NCBI GenBank assembly: GCA_963674705.1
Contig: OY771506.1
Location: forward strand, 1,536,001-1,600,000
DNA from: Phycisphaeraceae bacterium
Lineage (GTDB): Bacteria; Planctomycetota; Phycisphaerae; Phycisphaerales; Phycisphaeraceae
Reading direction: 5' to 3'
Length of the DNA: 64,000 bases
The first letter of the stretch is position 1. The number at the start of each line of letters is the position of its first letter. Below are positions 1 through 10,200 of the stretch, one piece after another. The notes beneath the pieces were generated by a model. That model saw only the letters and a program-made list of their open reading frames with translations, was not told where the DNA came from and did no database searches. Made by a program: the position numbers and the translations under genes.

Positions 1-1842
1 CGTCACAGCCTGCATACCGCCAAAGCGCTGAAGGCGGGCACGTTCGGTCGGGGCCAGAACGTCTGCACGTTTGTCGACCAGGCGATCGCCGCCGACATGC
101 TGCACCTGCACATGCCGGCCATGGAGCATGCTCGGATCGACATCGTGTTCAGCCAGGCCGAAACATCCGCCGACGCCAAACGCCTGGTCGAAGAACCGGT
201 CGACTGCATCGAAATTGATAAGCAACTGGACAGCCTGATCGCGGACGATGAGCTTCGGCACAGCAGTCTTGAGCTGACGGTCGACAAGGCCGACACGCAG
301 GTGCTGCGCCAGCCGGTGTTCAACACGTTCCTTGAATGTCTCAAGCGGCAGGTTGAGTTCTGTGCGTTGATCAAAGGCTACATCCAGGTCACGCCTAACT
401 CGCTGATCGGCGTGCGCGATGTCAGCCAGGCGATCGAAGCGCTCGCCGTCTGGCGGCCCGACGCGGCGCGGGACAAGCTGCTGGAGATGCTCGGTTTCAC
501 CGCGCCAGACGGACGGTGCTTCCGACAATACTCCTTGCCTGCAAGCGACGGCTCGGCCGGGCAGATGGACCTGCGCCCCTTCATCGATCAAGGCTCGTGG
601 GTGATCTCCTGCCTCGTCAGCTACATCAAGTTCACCGGCGACTACAACATCCTCAACGAACAGGTCGGCTATCACGAGATCATCGACGAGCCCGCCGGCG
701 TCGTGGAAAAATCCAACAAGCAGGACAGTGTGCTCATGCACATGTTCAAGATCATGCAGTACCTGCTGGACCATCGCGACCACAGCCACACCGGCTGCGT
801 CCGTGCGCTCTACGGCGACTGGAACGACGCGATGGACGGCTTAGGCATCAGCCTCGATCCGTCGCAAAAGTTCGGCACAGGCGTCAGCGTCATGGCGACG
901 CTGCATGTCTTGCAGAATTGTACGGAGATGATCGACCTGCTTGCCGCTCTGGATGACCAGCGATACGACAAGTATGTCACGGCATACAACGATGCCTCGC
1001 AAAACCTGCGTCAAGGGCTCAATGAATACGCCGTCGAACGCAACGACAAGGGACACACACGCATCCTCCACGGCTGGGGCGATCGCCGCTCCTATCTCGT
1101 CGGCGGATTCAAAGACCCCGACGGCGTACCACGCGATGGGCTGACCTCCAACGCCTTCTGGGTGCTCTCGGGCATGCTCGAAGAAAAGTCGCCGCTACGC
1201 AGCATCATCCTCGATGCTTTCGATCGGCTGGACAGTAAATACGGTTTGAAAACCTTCGCGCCCGCTTTCCCGCCAAACACGCGCGGCGTCGGACGCATCG
1301 GCAAGCTGCCGCCCGGCACCGCCGAGAACGGCGCCTGCTACATCCACGCGACCGCATTTGCGATCATGGCCCTGTTCCAGATGGGCCAGTCCAAACGCGC
1401 GTGGGAACAGCTCTACAAGATACTGCCCTTTACCGATATCCATGAAAACCTGTCGCACTCGCCTTTCGTCATGCCCAACTCCTACGGGCACAACCCCGGC
1501 AAGTCGATCGACGGCCAGAACATGAACGACTGGCAGACCGGCAGCTCCAACGTCGTGCTCAAGACGCTCATCCGTTTCGTCTTCGGCATCGAACCCGCCT
1601 TCGACGGATTGTGGATACAACCCGCTGCCAACGCGCCGTTCGAGCACTTCCACGCAAAGGCGACCGTCCAGAAGTGTCAGATCGACCTGACCTGCAAGAC
1701 TACAATCGCACGCGGCCGAAAGTTCACCGTCAACGGCCAGGCCGTCGATGGCGTGTTCGACCCAAAGATGCAGATCGACCGCCTGTGGATCCCCTCTGAA
1801 CAACTACGCGAAAAACGCCTGGATATCAGTATCAGTGATTAA
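1..1842 (+). CDS. GH94-family glycoside phosphorylase (cellobiose/chitobiose phosphorylase-like), 5'-truncated by the window edge
   Basis: The frame is open from base 1. GH94 catalytic-domain motifs GDWND, ENGACYIHA and WQTGSS are present. Confidence 0.85.
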   Translation, partial: RHSLHTAKALKAGTFGRGQNVCTFVDQAIAADMLHLHMPAMEHARIDIVFSQAETSADAKRLVEEPVDCIEIDKQLDSLIADDELRHSSLELTVDKADTQVLRQPVFNTFLECLKRQVEFCALIKGYIQVTPNSLIGVRDVSQAIEALAVWRPDAARDKLLEMLGFTAPDGRCFRQYSLPASDGSAGQMDLRPFIDQGSWVISCLVSYIKFTGDYNILNEQVGYHEIIDEPAGVVEKSNKQDSVLMHMFKIMQYLLDHRDHSHTGCVRALYGDWNDAMDGLGISLDPSQKFGTGVSVMATLHVLQNCTEMIDLLAALDDQRYDKYVTAYNDASQNLRQGLNEYAVERNDKGHTRILHGWGDRRSYLVGGFKDPDGVPRDGLTSNAFWVLSGMLEEKSPLRSIILDAFDRLDSKYGLKTFAPAFPPNTRGVGRIGKLPPGTAENGACYIHATAFAIMALFQMGQSKRAWEQLYKILPFTDIHENLSHSPFVMPNSYGHNPGKSIDGQNMNDWQTGSSNVVLKTLIRFVFGIEPAFDGLWIQPAANAPFEHFHAKATVQKCQIDLTCKTTIARGRKFTVNGQAVDGVFDPKMQIDRLWIPSEQLREKRLDISISD

Positions 1843-1940
1843 GCGATCTTGGTAGTATGCACTGCGCTCGACGCGGGTCTGCCGACCTCGTCGATCTTAG
1901 ACATGCCAACCGCTTTCTATCAATACGTGGGATTCCAAGC

Positions 1941-2453
1941 GTGAATAAAGACATCGTCATTCGACCCGAAATCGAAGCTGATAGGGATGCAATCACGCAA
2001 GTCACCCAGGAAGCATTCCGCACACTTAAAGTCAGTAATCAAACGGAACACTTCATCATCAATGCGTTGCGTGATGCCGGCGTGCTGACGGTATCGCTGG
2101 TCGCGGAAGCGGACGGGCAAGTGGTGGGACACATTGCCTTCTCCCCGGTTGTTATGTCTGATTGTTCGCAGAACTGGTACGGACTCGGCCCGGTCTCCGT
2201 CTTGCCCGAACACCAACGCCAAGGCATCGGCAGCAGCTTGATCGAGCAAGGCCTGTCACAACTCAAAGCGCTTGGCGCCCACGGCTGCTGTGTGGTGGGT
2301 CATCCGGAGTATTACCCGCGATTCGGCTTCAAGAACACGAACAACCTCACGCTTGAAGGCGTCCCGCCGGAGGTCTTCTTCGTGCTGACGTTCGATTCAG
2401 ATGTGCCAAAAGGTACGGTCCAATTCCACCAGGCGTTTATGGCGCAGGATTAA
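1941..2453 (+). CDS. GNAT family N-acetyltransferase (YhbS-like)
   Basis: Motifs VVGHIAFSPV, LGPVSVLPEHQRQGIGSSLI and GHPEYYPRFGF. The GTG at 1941 is preferred over the ORF-track start at 1857. Confidence 0.9.
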   Translation: MNKDIVIRPEIEADRDAITQVTQEAFRTLKVSNQTEHFIINALRDAGVLTVSLVAEADGQVVGHIAFSPVVMSDCSQNWYGLGPVSVLPEHQRQGIGSSLIEQGLSQLKALGAHGCCVVGHPEYYPRFGFKNTNNLTLEGVPPEVFFVLTFDSDVPKGTVQFHQAFMAQD

Positions 2454-2471
2454 TGCGAAGATAGTACGCGC

Positions 2472-2518
2472 TCGGCGCGGGTCTCACGACCCTGCCGAAC
2501 TTGCGACCGAAGGTCTCC
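2472..2518. repeat. REP-like palindromic element
   Basis: Hairpin tcggcgcgggtc-tcac-gaccctgccga followed by gaccgaaggtctcc, between convergent genes. Confidence 0.45.
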
Positions 2519-2551
2519 TGTAGCACACTCAATACATCTGCAGCGATTGAT

Positions 2552-2634
2552 GGGTGCCACACTTTGACTCCGCAGGAGCAAAGTGTGCGAAGGACCAGCA
2601 CACCTTGTTGCTTCACAATCAAGATGTGGCACCC
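2552..2634. repeat. Nested palindromic repeat, same family as 40306-40384
   Basis: Outer inverted repeat gggtgccaca/tgtggcaccc and inner cacactttg...caaagtgtg. A second copy lies at about 40.3 kb. Confidence 0.75.
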
Positions 2635-2657
2635 GATACACAGAAAGGTAAGCTGCG

Positions 2658-5600
2658 CTACTGTTCCGTCCCCAGCGCCCGCAGGAAGCTTTCTGATGCT
2701 TCGCGCCAGTTGCCTTCGTGCTGCTGGATCAGGCCCATCAGGTGATGTGCTTCGCGCAGGTCCGGGTCGGTTGCGAGCAATTGTTCAACAATCGTCTTCG
2801 CTTCCTGCCAGCGCTGCAGCTTGATGCTGGCCCGCGCCCGCAGGATCGAGGCGGTCTGTTCATTGACGATGTCGCTTGGCACACGGTCAAGCATGTCGAT
2901 CGCTTCACCCGCTCGATCCGTAGTGATCAACAGGCCTATCAGTTCTTCATGGAACGCACTTCTTTGCGGATACAGCTCGATCGCTTCGGATAAAGCCTGC
3001 TCTGCACGTTTGGGTTTGCCTTCCTCGATTAACTGTCGCGCGACGCGCAGGTACTGATCCGAATCAATATCCGTATGCTGGCCCACGACGCCCGGCTCTA
3101 ACGGCTGAATAACCGACGCCATCGCCTCGTCCTGGTTGGCTAGATCAATGTACGCTTCCAGTTTCATCGCAAGCGACTGAGGCGCCCCGTCGATGCGCGC
3201 CATCTCCTTGCCGTCCGATTGGATGATCTGCACGATCGGCCGGGCCTTGATCTGCGATATGTTGACCATCGACTGCTCTTCTTGCACGACATGCCACGAC
3301 GGATCGCACGCCTCATGGATCGCGTCCGCACGTTCAACAGCTTTCTCACCACTGACAATCAGTACGACCTGAAGATTCTGACGTCGCGGGATCGCCTTGC
3401 GCACCGCTTCAACCGTGTCGATGTCATCGCCCGGATCCGCCCGCATGAACAATAACAGCGTCAGCCGCTCCGCGTCCGGCACCGCCACCTCATCGCCAAG
3501 CGAATCCGTTGCATGCCAACGCACCTCAAGCTTACTTGCAGCGCTAAGCCGAATCCGCCGCATCGCTTCACCCGCTTCGCGCTGCTTCACATACGCGACC
3601 GGCGAAACACGGTCGTAAGAAAACGGCAGGTGACAACCCGTCACGCACCGACCGCCCGTATCAGTCAGCGTCAGATCGAGCGGAGCCTCCCACTTCTGAT
3701 AAGGCACCGCGGTACGCACCAGCTTTTCGTTCTCGCCCGTGTGCGTTTCATGGCAGATGTTGCAACTGCGCCCCACGCCGCTGCTGACATGCAGGTAATG
3801 CAGGTTCAGTTCGCCGTTGCGGAACTGTGTCGGCGAATCTTCCCCGATGGATACATTGGCATCCGTCGCCAAGGCCTTCTCGTGACACTGGAAACACAGC
3901 TCAAACGAATCAAGATCAAAAGGCGCGTAAAGCCCGACCGGGAAGCTGCCAGTCAGCAGCAGCGGCCTCTCGCCGCCGTGCGGATTGTGGCAGCCGCTGC
4001 ATTCGCCCTCGTTGATCTGTCCGTGTTTGAATAGATCAGCGGACAATACATCGTCCATCGCGCCGATCACCCGGCCGTCCGCCGTCTCGACCGCTTCCCT
4101 ATGACATGTCACGCAGACTCTTGCAGGCAAATCACGCATCAGCGATGCCAGGTCGCCGCCGTGCGGCGTGTGGCATGTCATGCATGACGAGCCCTCGGTT
4201 GTCGGGCTGTGTGCAAATGCTTCCGAGACAAGTTGATCGTTCAATGATTCATGGCAATCGAGGCACAATGCCGGCACCGGCGCCGTTAACGACAGCGGGA
4301 ACATCGAGCCATGCGCATCGTGACAACGTATGCACCGTTCGTCCATCGCCTTGTGCACGAACTTGACCTGCCCCAACTGCTGGCCAAATTCATCGTGACA
4401 CGTGATGCAAAGATCGGGCCCGTACGCATCCAGCAGCTTCGGGTAACGCGAAGCATGAGGCGAATGGCACGACACACAATAGCCGTCATTCACCGGCGTA
4501 TGCAAAAACGCCTGCTGCATCGTCACCGATTCATGACAACGGTTGCATAGCGATTCGATTGATACATCGCGCGTGATGGATTGATCCCGCCCGCCATGCG
4601 GATTATGACAACCAAGACATTCGCCGTTGCGTGTTGGTGCATGCACGACCGGCATCGCGTCGACATCAAACTCGTGGCAATACGTGCACAGCGCCGCTCC
4701 TTCGCGCGCGACCTTGAATTGATGTTTCTCTTCGTTTGCCAGTTCATGGCAGATCCCGCACGCATCGATCGCGACCGGGCCGTGTACCACGTCGTATGAC
4801 TTGATCGCGACGTGGCATTCAGAGGTGACACAACTTTCGCTGATCGTCGTCGGACGATCGATCGTCTTCATCTTCACGCGATCCGGAGCATCAGGCATCG
4901 GCGTCGGTGCATGGATGATGCTCTGGCTGATGCCGGTTTCTTCGGCTCGCCCCACCCGGGGCGCGACACCGATCACGCTCGATAGCGTCTGCCGCCGCAC
5001 GCCGGGGAACGCCGTCGCGATCTGCTCGCCGGGCCGTTTGTCCGGATACGCCGCAACCTCAGGCGACTTATGACACGAGGCATCGCCACACGTCGGCGTC
5101 GCGGTGAACTGCACGCTGCCGTGACACTCACGGCAGAGTAGCTCGTTGTGATTTTCATCGAGCAACTGTCCGGTCATGCGGTGTTCAAACAGCGGCGGCG
5201 GGTTGTCCGCTTCCTTATGATGACAGTGGTCGCAACTCTGATGATCGTGACACGCCAGGCAAGGCTCGTGGCTCATCCGCCAGGAGTCGCTCGGTTTCAA
5301 GGGCTTATGGCTGTTGATGTCGCCGTTTTCACTATGACACGTGGCGCAACTGTCGTTGCGATGGCATTCGGCGCACTTGAAACCAAACGTCTTTACGTGT
5401 TCATCATGGCGGAACGTCACGTACTTCCCGGCGTCCGGTACGTAACGCGATTCGTAAACCACCTCTTCCGGCGTATCGGCCGGCGGGTGCATCCGACCAA
5501 GCACCTCCGCGGGCGTCGGCATCTCCGTCGCAGGCGCTTCGCCTACCGATTTGGGTTGATGGCAAACCGAACAGCTCTTTTCCCGATCCCAATCCCGGTG

Positions 5601-6017
5601 ACAATCAAGACACTGCCTGTGATACGCAGCGTTCAGCGAAGGCATTCGGATATTGCCATCTACTTCCTCAATACTGTGGCACGACTTGCACGCGGGTATC
5701 TCCGCCGCCTCGTCTTGGGTGTGCGGTTTCAATCCGCCGCTGACGATGTCGGATAAATGTGCGTTGCCGTTGGGCGTGTGATGGTGGCAGACTTCGCAGC
5801 CCTTACCCATCTCCGCCATTTCGGCGTGCATACGGTGCTCGAACGGCACGGGCGTGTACAGGTCCTCCAACTCATCAAGGATCACCACGTCGGGCACATT
5901 TTCAAGTTTGGGCGTCGATTCCTGGCCATGCACGAATGACCAGCCGCCGACCCACGCGATAACAAGCCCGGCAAACAGCCAGGCACCAAGCCTGATTCGT
6001 CCGCGATCTTTACACAT
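2658..6017 (-). CDS. Large multiheme c-type cytochrome: c3-like N-terminus, paired-CXXCH repeats, thioredoxin-like domain and TPR
   Basis: Counted by eye: 22 CxxCH, 2 CX4CH and 1 CX3CH. Sec-type signal peptide; TPR-like helical repeats at the C-terminus. The ATG at 6017 overlaps the upstream stop. Confidence 0.9.
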   Translation of the reverse strand: MCKDRGRIRLGAWLFAGLVIAWVGGWSFVHGQESTPKLENVPDVVILDELEDLYTPVPFEHRMHAEMAEMGKGCEVCHHHTPNGNAHLSDIVSGGLKPHTQDEAAEIPACKSCHSIEEVDGNIRMPSLNAAYHRQCLDCHRDWDREKSCSVCHQPKSVGEAPATEMPTPAEVLGRMHPPADTPEEVVYESRYVPDAGKYVTFRHDEHVKTFGFKCAECHRNDSCATCHSENGDINSHKPLKPSDSWRMSHEPCLACHDHQSCDHCHHKEADNPPPLFEHRMTGQLLDENHNELLCRECHGSVQFTATPTCGDASCHKSPEVAAYPDKRPGEQIATAFPGVRRQTLSSVIGVAPRVGRAEETGISQSIIHAPTPMPDAPDRVKMKTIDRPTTISESCVTSECHVAIKSYDVVHGPVAIDACGICHELANEEKHQFKVAREGAALCTYCHEFDVDAMPVVHAPTRNGECLGCHNPHGGRDQSITRDVSIESLCNRCHESVTMQQAFLHTPVNDGYCVSCHSPHASRYPKLLDAYGPDLCITCHDEFGQQLGQVKFVHKAMDERCIRCHDAHGSMFPLSLTAPVPALCLDCHESLNDQLVSEAFAHSPTTEGSSCMTCHTPHGGDLASLMRDLPARVCVTCHREAVETADGRVIGAMDDVLSADLFKHGQINEGECSGCHNPHGGERPLLLTGSFPVGLYAPFDLDSFELCFQCHEKALATDANVSIGEDSPTQFRNGELNLHYLHVSSGVGRSCNICHETHTGENEKLVRTAVPYQKWEAPLDLTLTDTGGRCVTGCHLPFSYDRVSPVAYVKQREAGEAMRRIRLSAASKLEVRWHATDSLGDEVAVPDAERLTLLLFMRADPGDDIDTVEAVRKAIPRRQNLQVVLIVSGEKAVERADAIHEACDPSWHVVQEEQSMVNISQIKARPIVQIIQSDGKEMARIDGAPQSLAMKLEAYIDLANQDEAMASVIQPLEPGVVGQHTDIDSDQYLRVARQLIEEGKPKRAEQALSEAIELYPQRSAFHEELIGLLITTDRAGEAIDMLDRVPSDIVNEQTASILRARASIKLQRWQEAKTIVEQLLATDPDLREAHHLMGLIQQHEGNWREASESFLRALGTEQ

Positions 6018-8286
6018 CTGACCTAGCCTCAATCCGCGCCGGTTGGCTGATCACCGGCAAGTAAAGCACACACGCCCGGTACACCAGCACCAGCATCGCG
6101 ATCAGGCCAACCGTCACCGCGATCTCCGTGAACGATGGCACGTACGCGCCTTGGGCGTCCGGCGGGGTGTAGCCGATCAGGAATACATTGATCCGGTTCA
6201 GCGCCACGCCCAGAACCACCAGCGCCGCCGCGATGAACAACATCATTGGCGACCGCCGCACCTTCACTGTTAACAACATCAACATTGGCAGCACCACGCC
6301 TAATCCGACTTCAACCAGCCACGCAAAGCTTTCCAAAGAGCCGTCGCCGAGATACACCCACGTGCCGCGTACGACCATGTCGCCGATCTTGAACGCTAAA
6401 TACAACCCCAGGAACGCCGGCACATACCGTGCTAACGGCTCCAGCACGTCAAGCTCAGGCTTGAATTTGAATGAACGCGACGCCAGCAGCGACTCGAAGA
6501 TGATCATCGGGAAACCCACCGCGATCGCTGACATCAGGAACAATAGCGGGGAGATCGGCGTCCACCAGAGCGGATGCAGCTTCGTCGGCGCGATCACCAT
6601 CAGGTTGCCCAGCGATGACTGGTGCAGGCATGACAACACGCAACCCGCGATGATCAAAAGGAACATCACCTTCTCAAGACGCACCCGAACCCAGCCCGCC
6701 AGCCTTGCCAGCCGTGGACGATTCTCCATCGTCTCCACGCGCTCGCACACGATCGGCGCGAACTCGAGGTACAACACGTTCAGGTAACACATCACACAGA
6801 TGCCCACCTCGAACAAGACGCTGTTGCCCTGCCACATGAACATCGGGTGCCAGACGTTGTAGTATCGGCCGAGGTCCGCCTGCAGTCCGATTACGACGAA
6901 CGTGTAGCCCAGCATTGCGGTCAGTAGCGCCGGCCGAACGATCGCGTGATAGTGTTCACGATTGAATACGTGTGCCAATGCGCCGGATGTAAAACCGCCG
7001 GCCGCAAGTGCGACGCCCGTCGCCACATCCACCGCGATCCACAAACCCCACGGGTATGAATGATCCAGGTTCGTCGCAGCCTGTAGCCCGTAGATAAACC
7101 GGTACAACATCCCTGCCGCGCCGACTAATGCAATCGCTACCAGCACCCAAACACCCGGGGTAAAAAACGGTTGTGCTACAGGCTCAGGCTTGTGATGCTC
7201 CGCGTGAGCTTCTTCGGTCGCAATCACCGGCGGTTCATCTGCTGCCGATTCGATTGCTTCGTCTTCAATCACTCGGTCGATAAGCCGCTCGCCCGTCGGC
7301 CGATCCAATACTCGATCAGCCGGCTCGTGCACTTTGGTGCGTGTTGATTCTCGCGCCATTCGACCGCGCTCTAGCGCCTCGATCTCTTCAGTAATCGCGC
7401 TGTCCGCTTTGCGACGCGTGGTAAACATCACCAGGCCGAGTAGACCGTACAACGCCAGCGGCGGCAGACCATACTTGAACACGCCGTGTTGGATGCTTTC
7501 CGTAAGCTCCGGCGGCGCTTCATTACTTAACGTCTTGAAGCCGACTTCCTCGAACGGTACGGGCGATAAGTACATCCACGATGTCCCGCCGACCTCGTGT
7601 TCGCCATAGACATGATTCACGTACTTGTCCGGATGTTTTGCGATCCGTTCGTGTGCCAGTTCAAGCAACTCGCCGCGCGTCCCGCACACCATCGCCTCGC
7701 GCGGGCATGCAGCTACACACGCGGGTGTCCCGTTGCCATCCTTATGCTGGTTGCACAACGTGCACTTACGCACCTCCGGCGTATACGCATCGTCGTAATC
7801 ATAGGATGGCACCTGGAACGGACACGCCACCATGCAATATCGACAGCCGATGCACTTCCACGCATCGTACGTCACCGCACCGTTTTCCTGTTTGGTCAAA
7901 GCGCCCACGATGCACGCCGACACGCACGCCGGATGATTGCAGTGCATGCAGTTCGACTTGGCATATACCGGTAGCGGATAATCCGCCGGTTTGTATTCGT
8001 TGATTACCGTAAAACGATCGGGCTCAAGCCCACGTTTATCTTTGAATACCGAAGTATCATCGTACGATTCCAACGGCCCGGTCTCGATGCCGTTGGATTC
8101 ACGACAAGCATACTCGCACAACCGACAACCGATGCACATGCCAAGGTCGACCAGCACTGCTTTGCTTTGCGAATAGTCTTTGTGCTCCGCGCTGCTTGCC
8201 TTGGCTGCACACGTACTGCACAACCCCGCGCCCGCCGCCGCGACACCCGTCATCTGCCGAATAAACTGCCGCCTGTCCGTACGCAT
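6010..8286 (-). CDS. Fusion of a HybA/HmcB-like 4Fe-4S protein and a HybB/HmcC-like NrfD-family membrane subunit
   Basis: Tat motif DRRQFI; four Fe-S motifs (CIGCRLCEYAC, CMHCNHPACVSAC, CIGCRYCMVACP, CTLC..PACVAACP); YGEHEVGGT; then YPWGLWIAVDVATGVALAAGGF, HQSSLG and many TM helices. Confidence 0.9.
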   Translation of the reverse strand: MRTDRRQFIRQMTGVAAAGAGLCSTCAAKASSAEHKDYSQSKAVLVDLGMCIGCRLCEYACRESNGIETGPLESYDDTSVFKDKRGLEPDRFTVINEYKPADYPLPVYAKSNCMHCNHPACVSACIVGALTKQENGAVTYDAWKCIGCRYCMVACPFQVPSYDYDDAYTPEVRKCTLCNQHKDGNGTPACVAACPREAMVCGTRGELLELAHERIAKHPDKYVNHVYGEHEVGGTSWMYLSPVPFEEVGFKTLSNEAPPELTESIQHGVFKYGLPPLALYGLLGLVMFTTRRKADSAITEEIEALERGRMARESTRTKVHEPADRVLDRPTGERLIDRVIEDEAIESAADEPPVIATEEAHAEHHKPEPVAQPFFTPGVWVLVAIALVGAAGMLYRFIYGLQAATNLDHSYPWGLWIAVDVATGVALAAGGFTSGALAHVFNREHYHAIVRPALLTAMLGYTFVVIGLQADLGRYYNVWHPMFMWQGNSVLFEVGICVMCYLNVLYLEFAPIVCERVETMENRPRLARLAGWVRVRLEKVMFLLIIAGCVLSCLHQSSLGNLMVIAPTKLHPLWWTPISPLLFLMSAIAVGFPMIIFESLLASRSFKFKPELDVLEPLARYVPAFLGLYLAFKIGDMVVRGTWVYLGDGSLESFAWLVEVGLGVVLPMLMLLTVKVRRSPMMLFIAAALVVLGVALNRINVFLIGYTPPDAQGAYVPSFTEIAVTVGLIAMLVLVYRACVLYLPVISQPARIEARSDV

Positions 8287-9102
8287 GACTCGCTAACACC
8301 TCAACAAGAAACAGAGGTTTACATGGATCCGCCACAGGTACATGATACAAGTTTATCTTTATATTGCTCGGCTTTGTAATTGACTTTGATGCAAAATGTT
8401 GAAGTGTTTTTCGATCAGCTTCTATACCGCACCAAATGATTGCGGAATACTTACGCGGTAACGCTTGGCGCTGTGTGCGTAGATATAAAAAGCAACAATA
8501 GATAACAACGCATTCTCAAATTTGAGATTTATAAAAAGTTGAACCATTGATTACTGCGCCGACCCAACATGGTGGTTGAATCGTCGCGCGTGCATGATTG
8601 ATTGAATGAGTTTTGTTTCGTCTTCGGGTTTCAAGTAACCAAGTTGAAGTGCAAGCGCGCTTCCCGGCTCTCGACTCGCGCGCGCTCATCGATCCGCAAG
8701 CGATGATGGCGCGATTTGCGAGAAGCAATAAACAATAAAAAAATAATTAAAATATTTGGGCCCCCCGGCTAGACCAGATCCCACTCACTGGCAAATCCCG
8801 ACCTTGCCGACACCCACTTATCCACCACACATGGTGCGCACGGTCCTGTCCGGATTTGTACGTGTGCGCATGAACGCGGTTTATTTGCCCCGCTCAGGCA
8901 TGCCAATGCGCACAATGCCGGTTAAATGCGAATAACGCCGAAAAGGCATCGACCGATCCTGCCAATCCGCCGATCTGTCCGTGTCGCGCCGGCTCCGCGC
9001 GGGGCATTCAATATGATGGATGATGAACTGCATGTGCGAGTCGCTTACACTGGGCCGACATATACCACGCATCCGGGTTGGCCGGAAGATAGGAGATGTT
9101 TC

Positions 9103-10200
9103 ATGTCGTTTGCCTTGCCGACGTATTGCCCGCCCGACTTCACCCAATCGCCGTTAGCCGAAGCGCCGACCGTCCGGACCGAACCTGCGCCGCATGATGG
9201 TGTTGCGCCCGACGAGTTCCACGCAACGAGCAATCACCCGGAGTACGTTCACCTTGGTGATGGTAACTGGCATCTGGTGCGCGAGAGCCGGATGGACTGC
9301 GTGATGGTGTTGCGCGATTCTGAGGTTGAAGTCGTTGAACCACGCCGATTGAAGCAAGGCGATCAGGTCGTGATCGGCCGAACCGAAAACGGCGAGGACG
9401 GCGTGTACGTTCACGTCGATGGATTCAAAGCGCCCAGCAACAAAGCAACGGATAAGTTCTCGTTCCGTACACGCGGCACGCGCGAGAGTCCGTTCTCGCG
9501 CAGTTACGACGAGCTGTACGAACTGCTGCGACATGATCGCGAGCACGGCCACATCGCCTGGGTGCTCGGGCCCGCAGTTGCGTTCGACAGGGATAGCCGG
9601 TGCGCGATGCAGGGACTGATCGAAGAGGGTTACTGCGATGCATTGCTTGCGGGCAATGCCCTGGCGACGCACGACCTTGAAGCGGCGTGCTTCGGTACCG
9701 GGCTCGGTTGCGACATCTACTGTCAACGGCCGCAGACGCTCGGACACTACAACCATCTTGATGTGCTTAACCGTGCTCGCTGCGTGAAGTCGCTTAACGA
9801 AGCGATCGATCATTTGAAGGTGACCGATGGCATCATGTGGGCGTGCCGTAAGCATGATGTGCCGGTCGTCTTGGCGGGCAGTATCCGTGACGATGGCCCT
9901 TTGCCGGAGGTGTTGCCCGATGTGTATGAAGCGCAGAACGCGATGCGCGAACACGCACGCAAAGCCACCACCGTCATCTGCATGGCCACCCAACTGCACT
10001 CGATCGCCTTCGGCAACATGACCCCCGGCTACCACGTCAACCCCGACGGCTCCGTCCGCCCCGTCTACTTCTACATCGTCGACATGACCGAGTTCAGCGC
10101 CGACAAACTAGCCAACCGAGGCTCCGCCCAAGCGACGGCCATCCTGACCAACGTTCAGGACTTTCTGGTGAATCTGTGGAACAACCTGAAACGGGAGTAG
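9103..10200 (+). CDS. TIGR00300-like protein (ArgZ/AgrE C-terminal, ornithine cyclodeaminase-like)
   Basis: Motifs DGVAPDEFHATSNHP, LLAGNALATHDLE, VLAGSIRDDGPLP and KLANRGSAQA. RBS aggag precedes the ATG at 9103. Confidence 0.8.
   Translation: MSFALPTYCPPDFTQSPLAEAPTVRTEPAPHDGVAPDEFHATSNHPEYVHLGDGNWHLVRESRMDCVMVLRDSEVEVVEPRRLKQGDQVVIGRTENGEDGVYVHVDGFKAPSNKATDKFSFRTRGTRESPFSRSYDELYELLRHDREHGHIAWVLGPAVAFDRDSRCAMQGLIEEGYCDALLAGNALATHDLEAACFGTGLGCDIYCQRPQTLGHYNHLDVLNRARCVKSLNEAIDHLKVTDGIMWACRKHDVPVVLAGSIRDDGPLPEVLPDVYEAQNAMREHARKATTVICMATQLHSIAFGNMTPGYHVNPDGSVRPVYFYIVDMTEFSADKLANRGSAQATAILTNVQDFLVNLWNNLKRE

Noticed and set aside
6010..8286. [NiFe]-hydrogenase-2 operon
   Set aside because: No small or large subunits or maturation genes are in the window.
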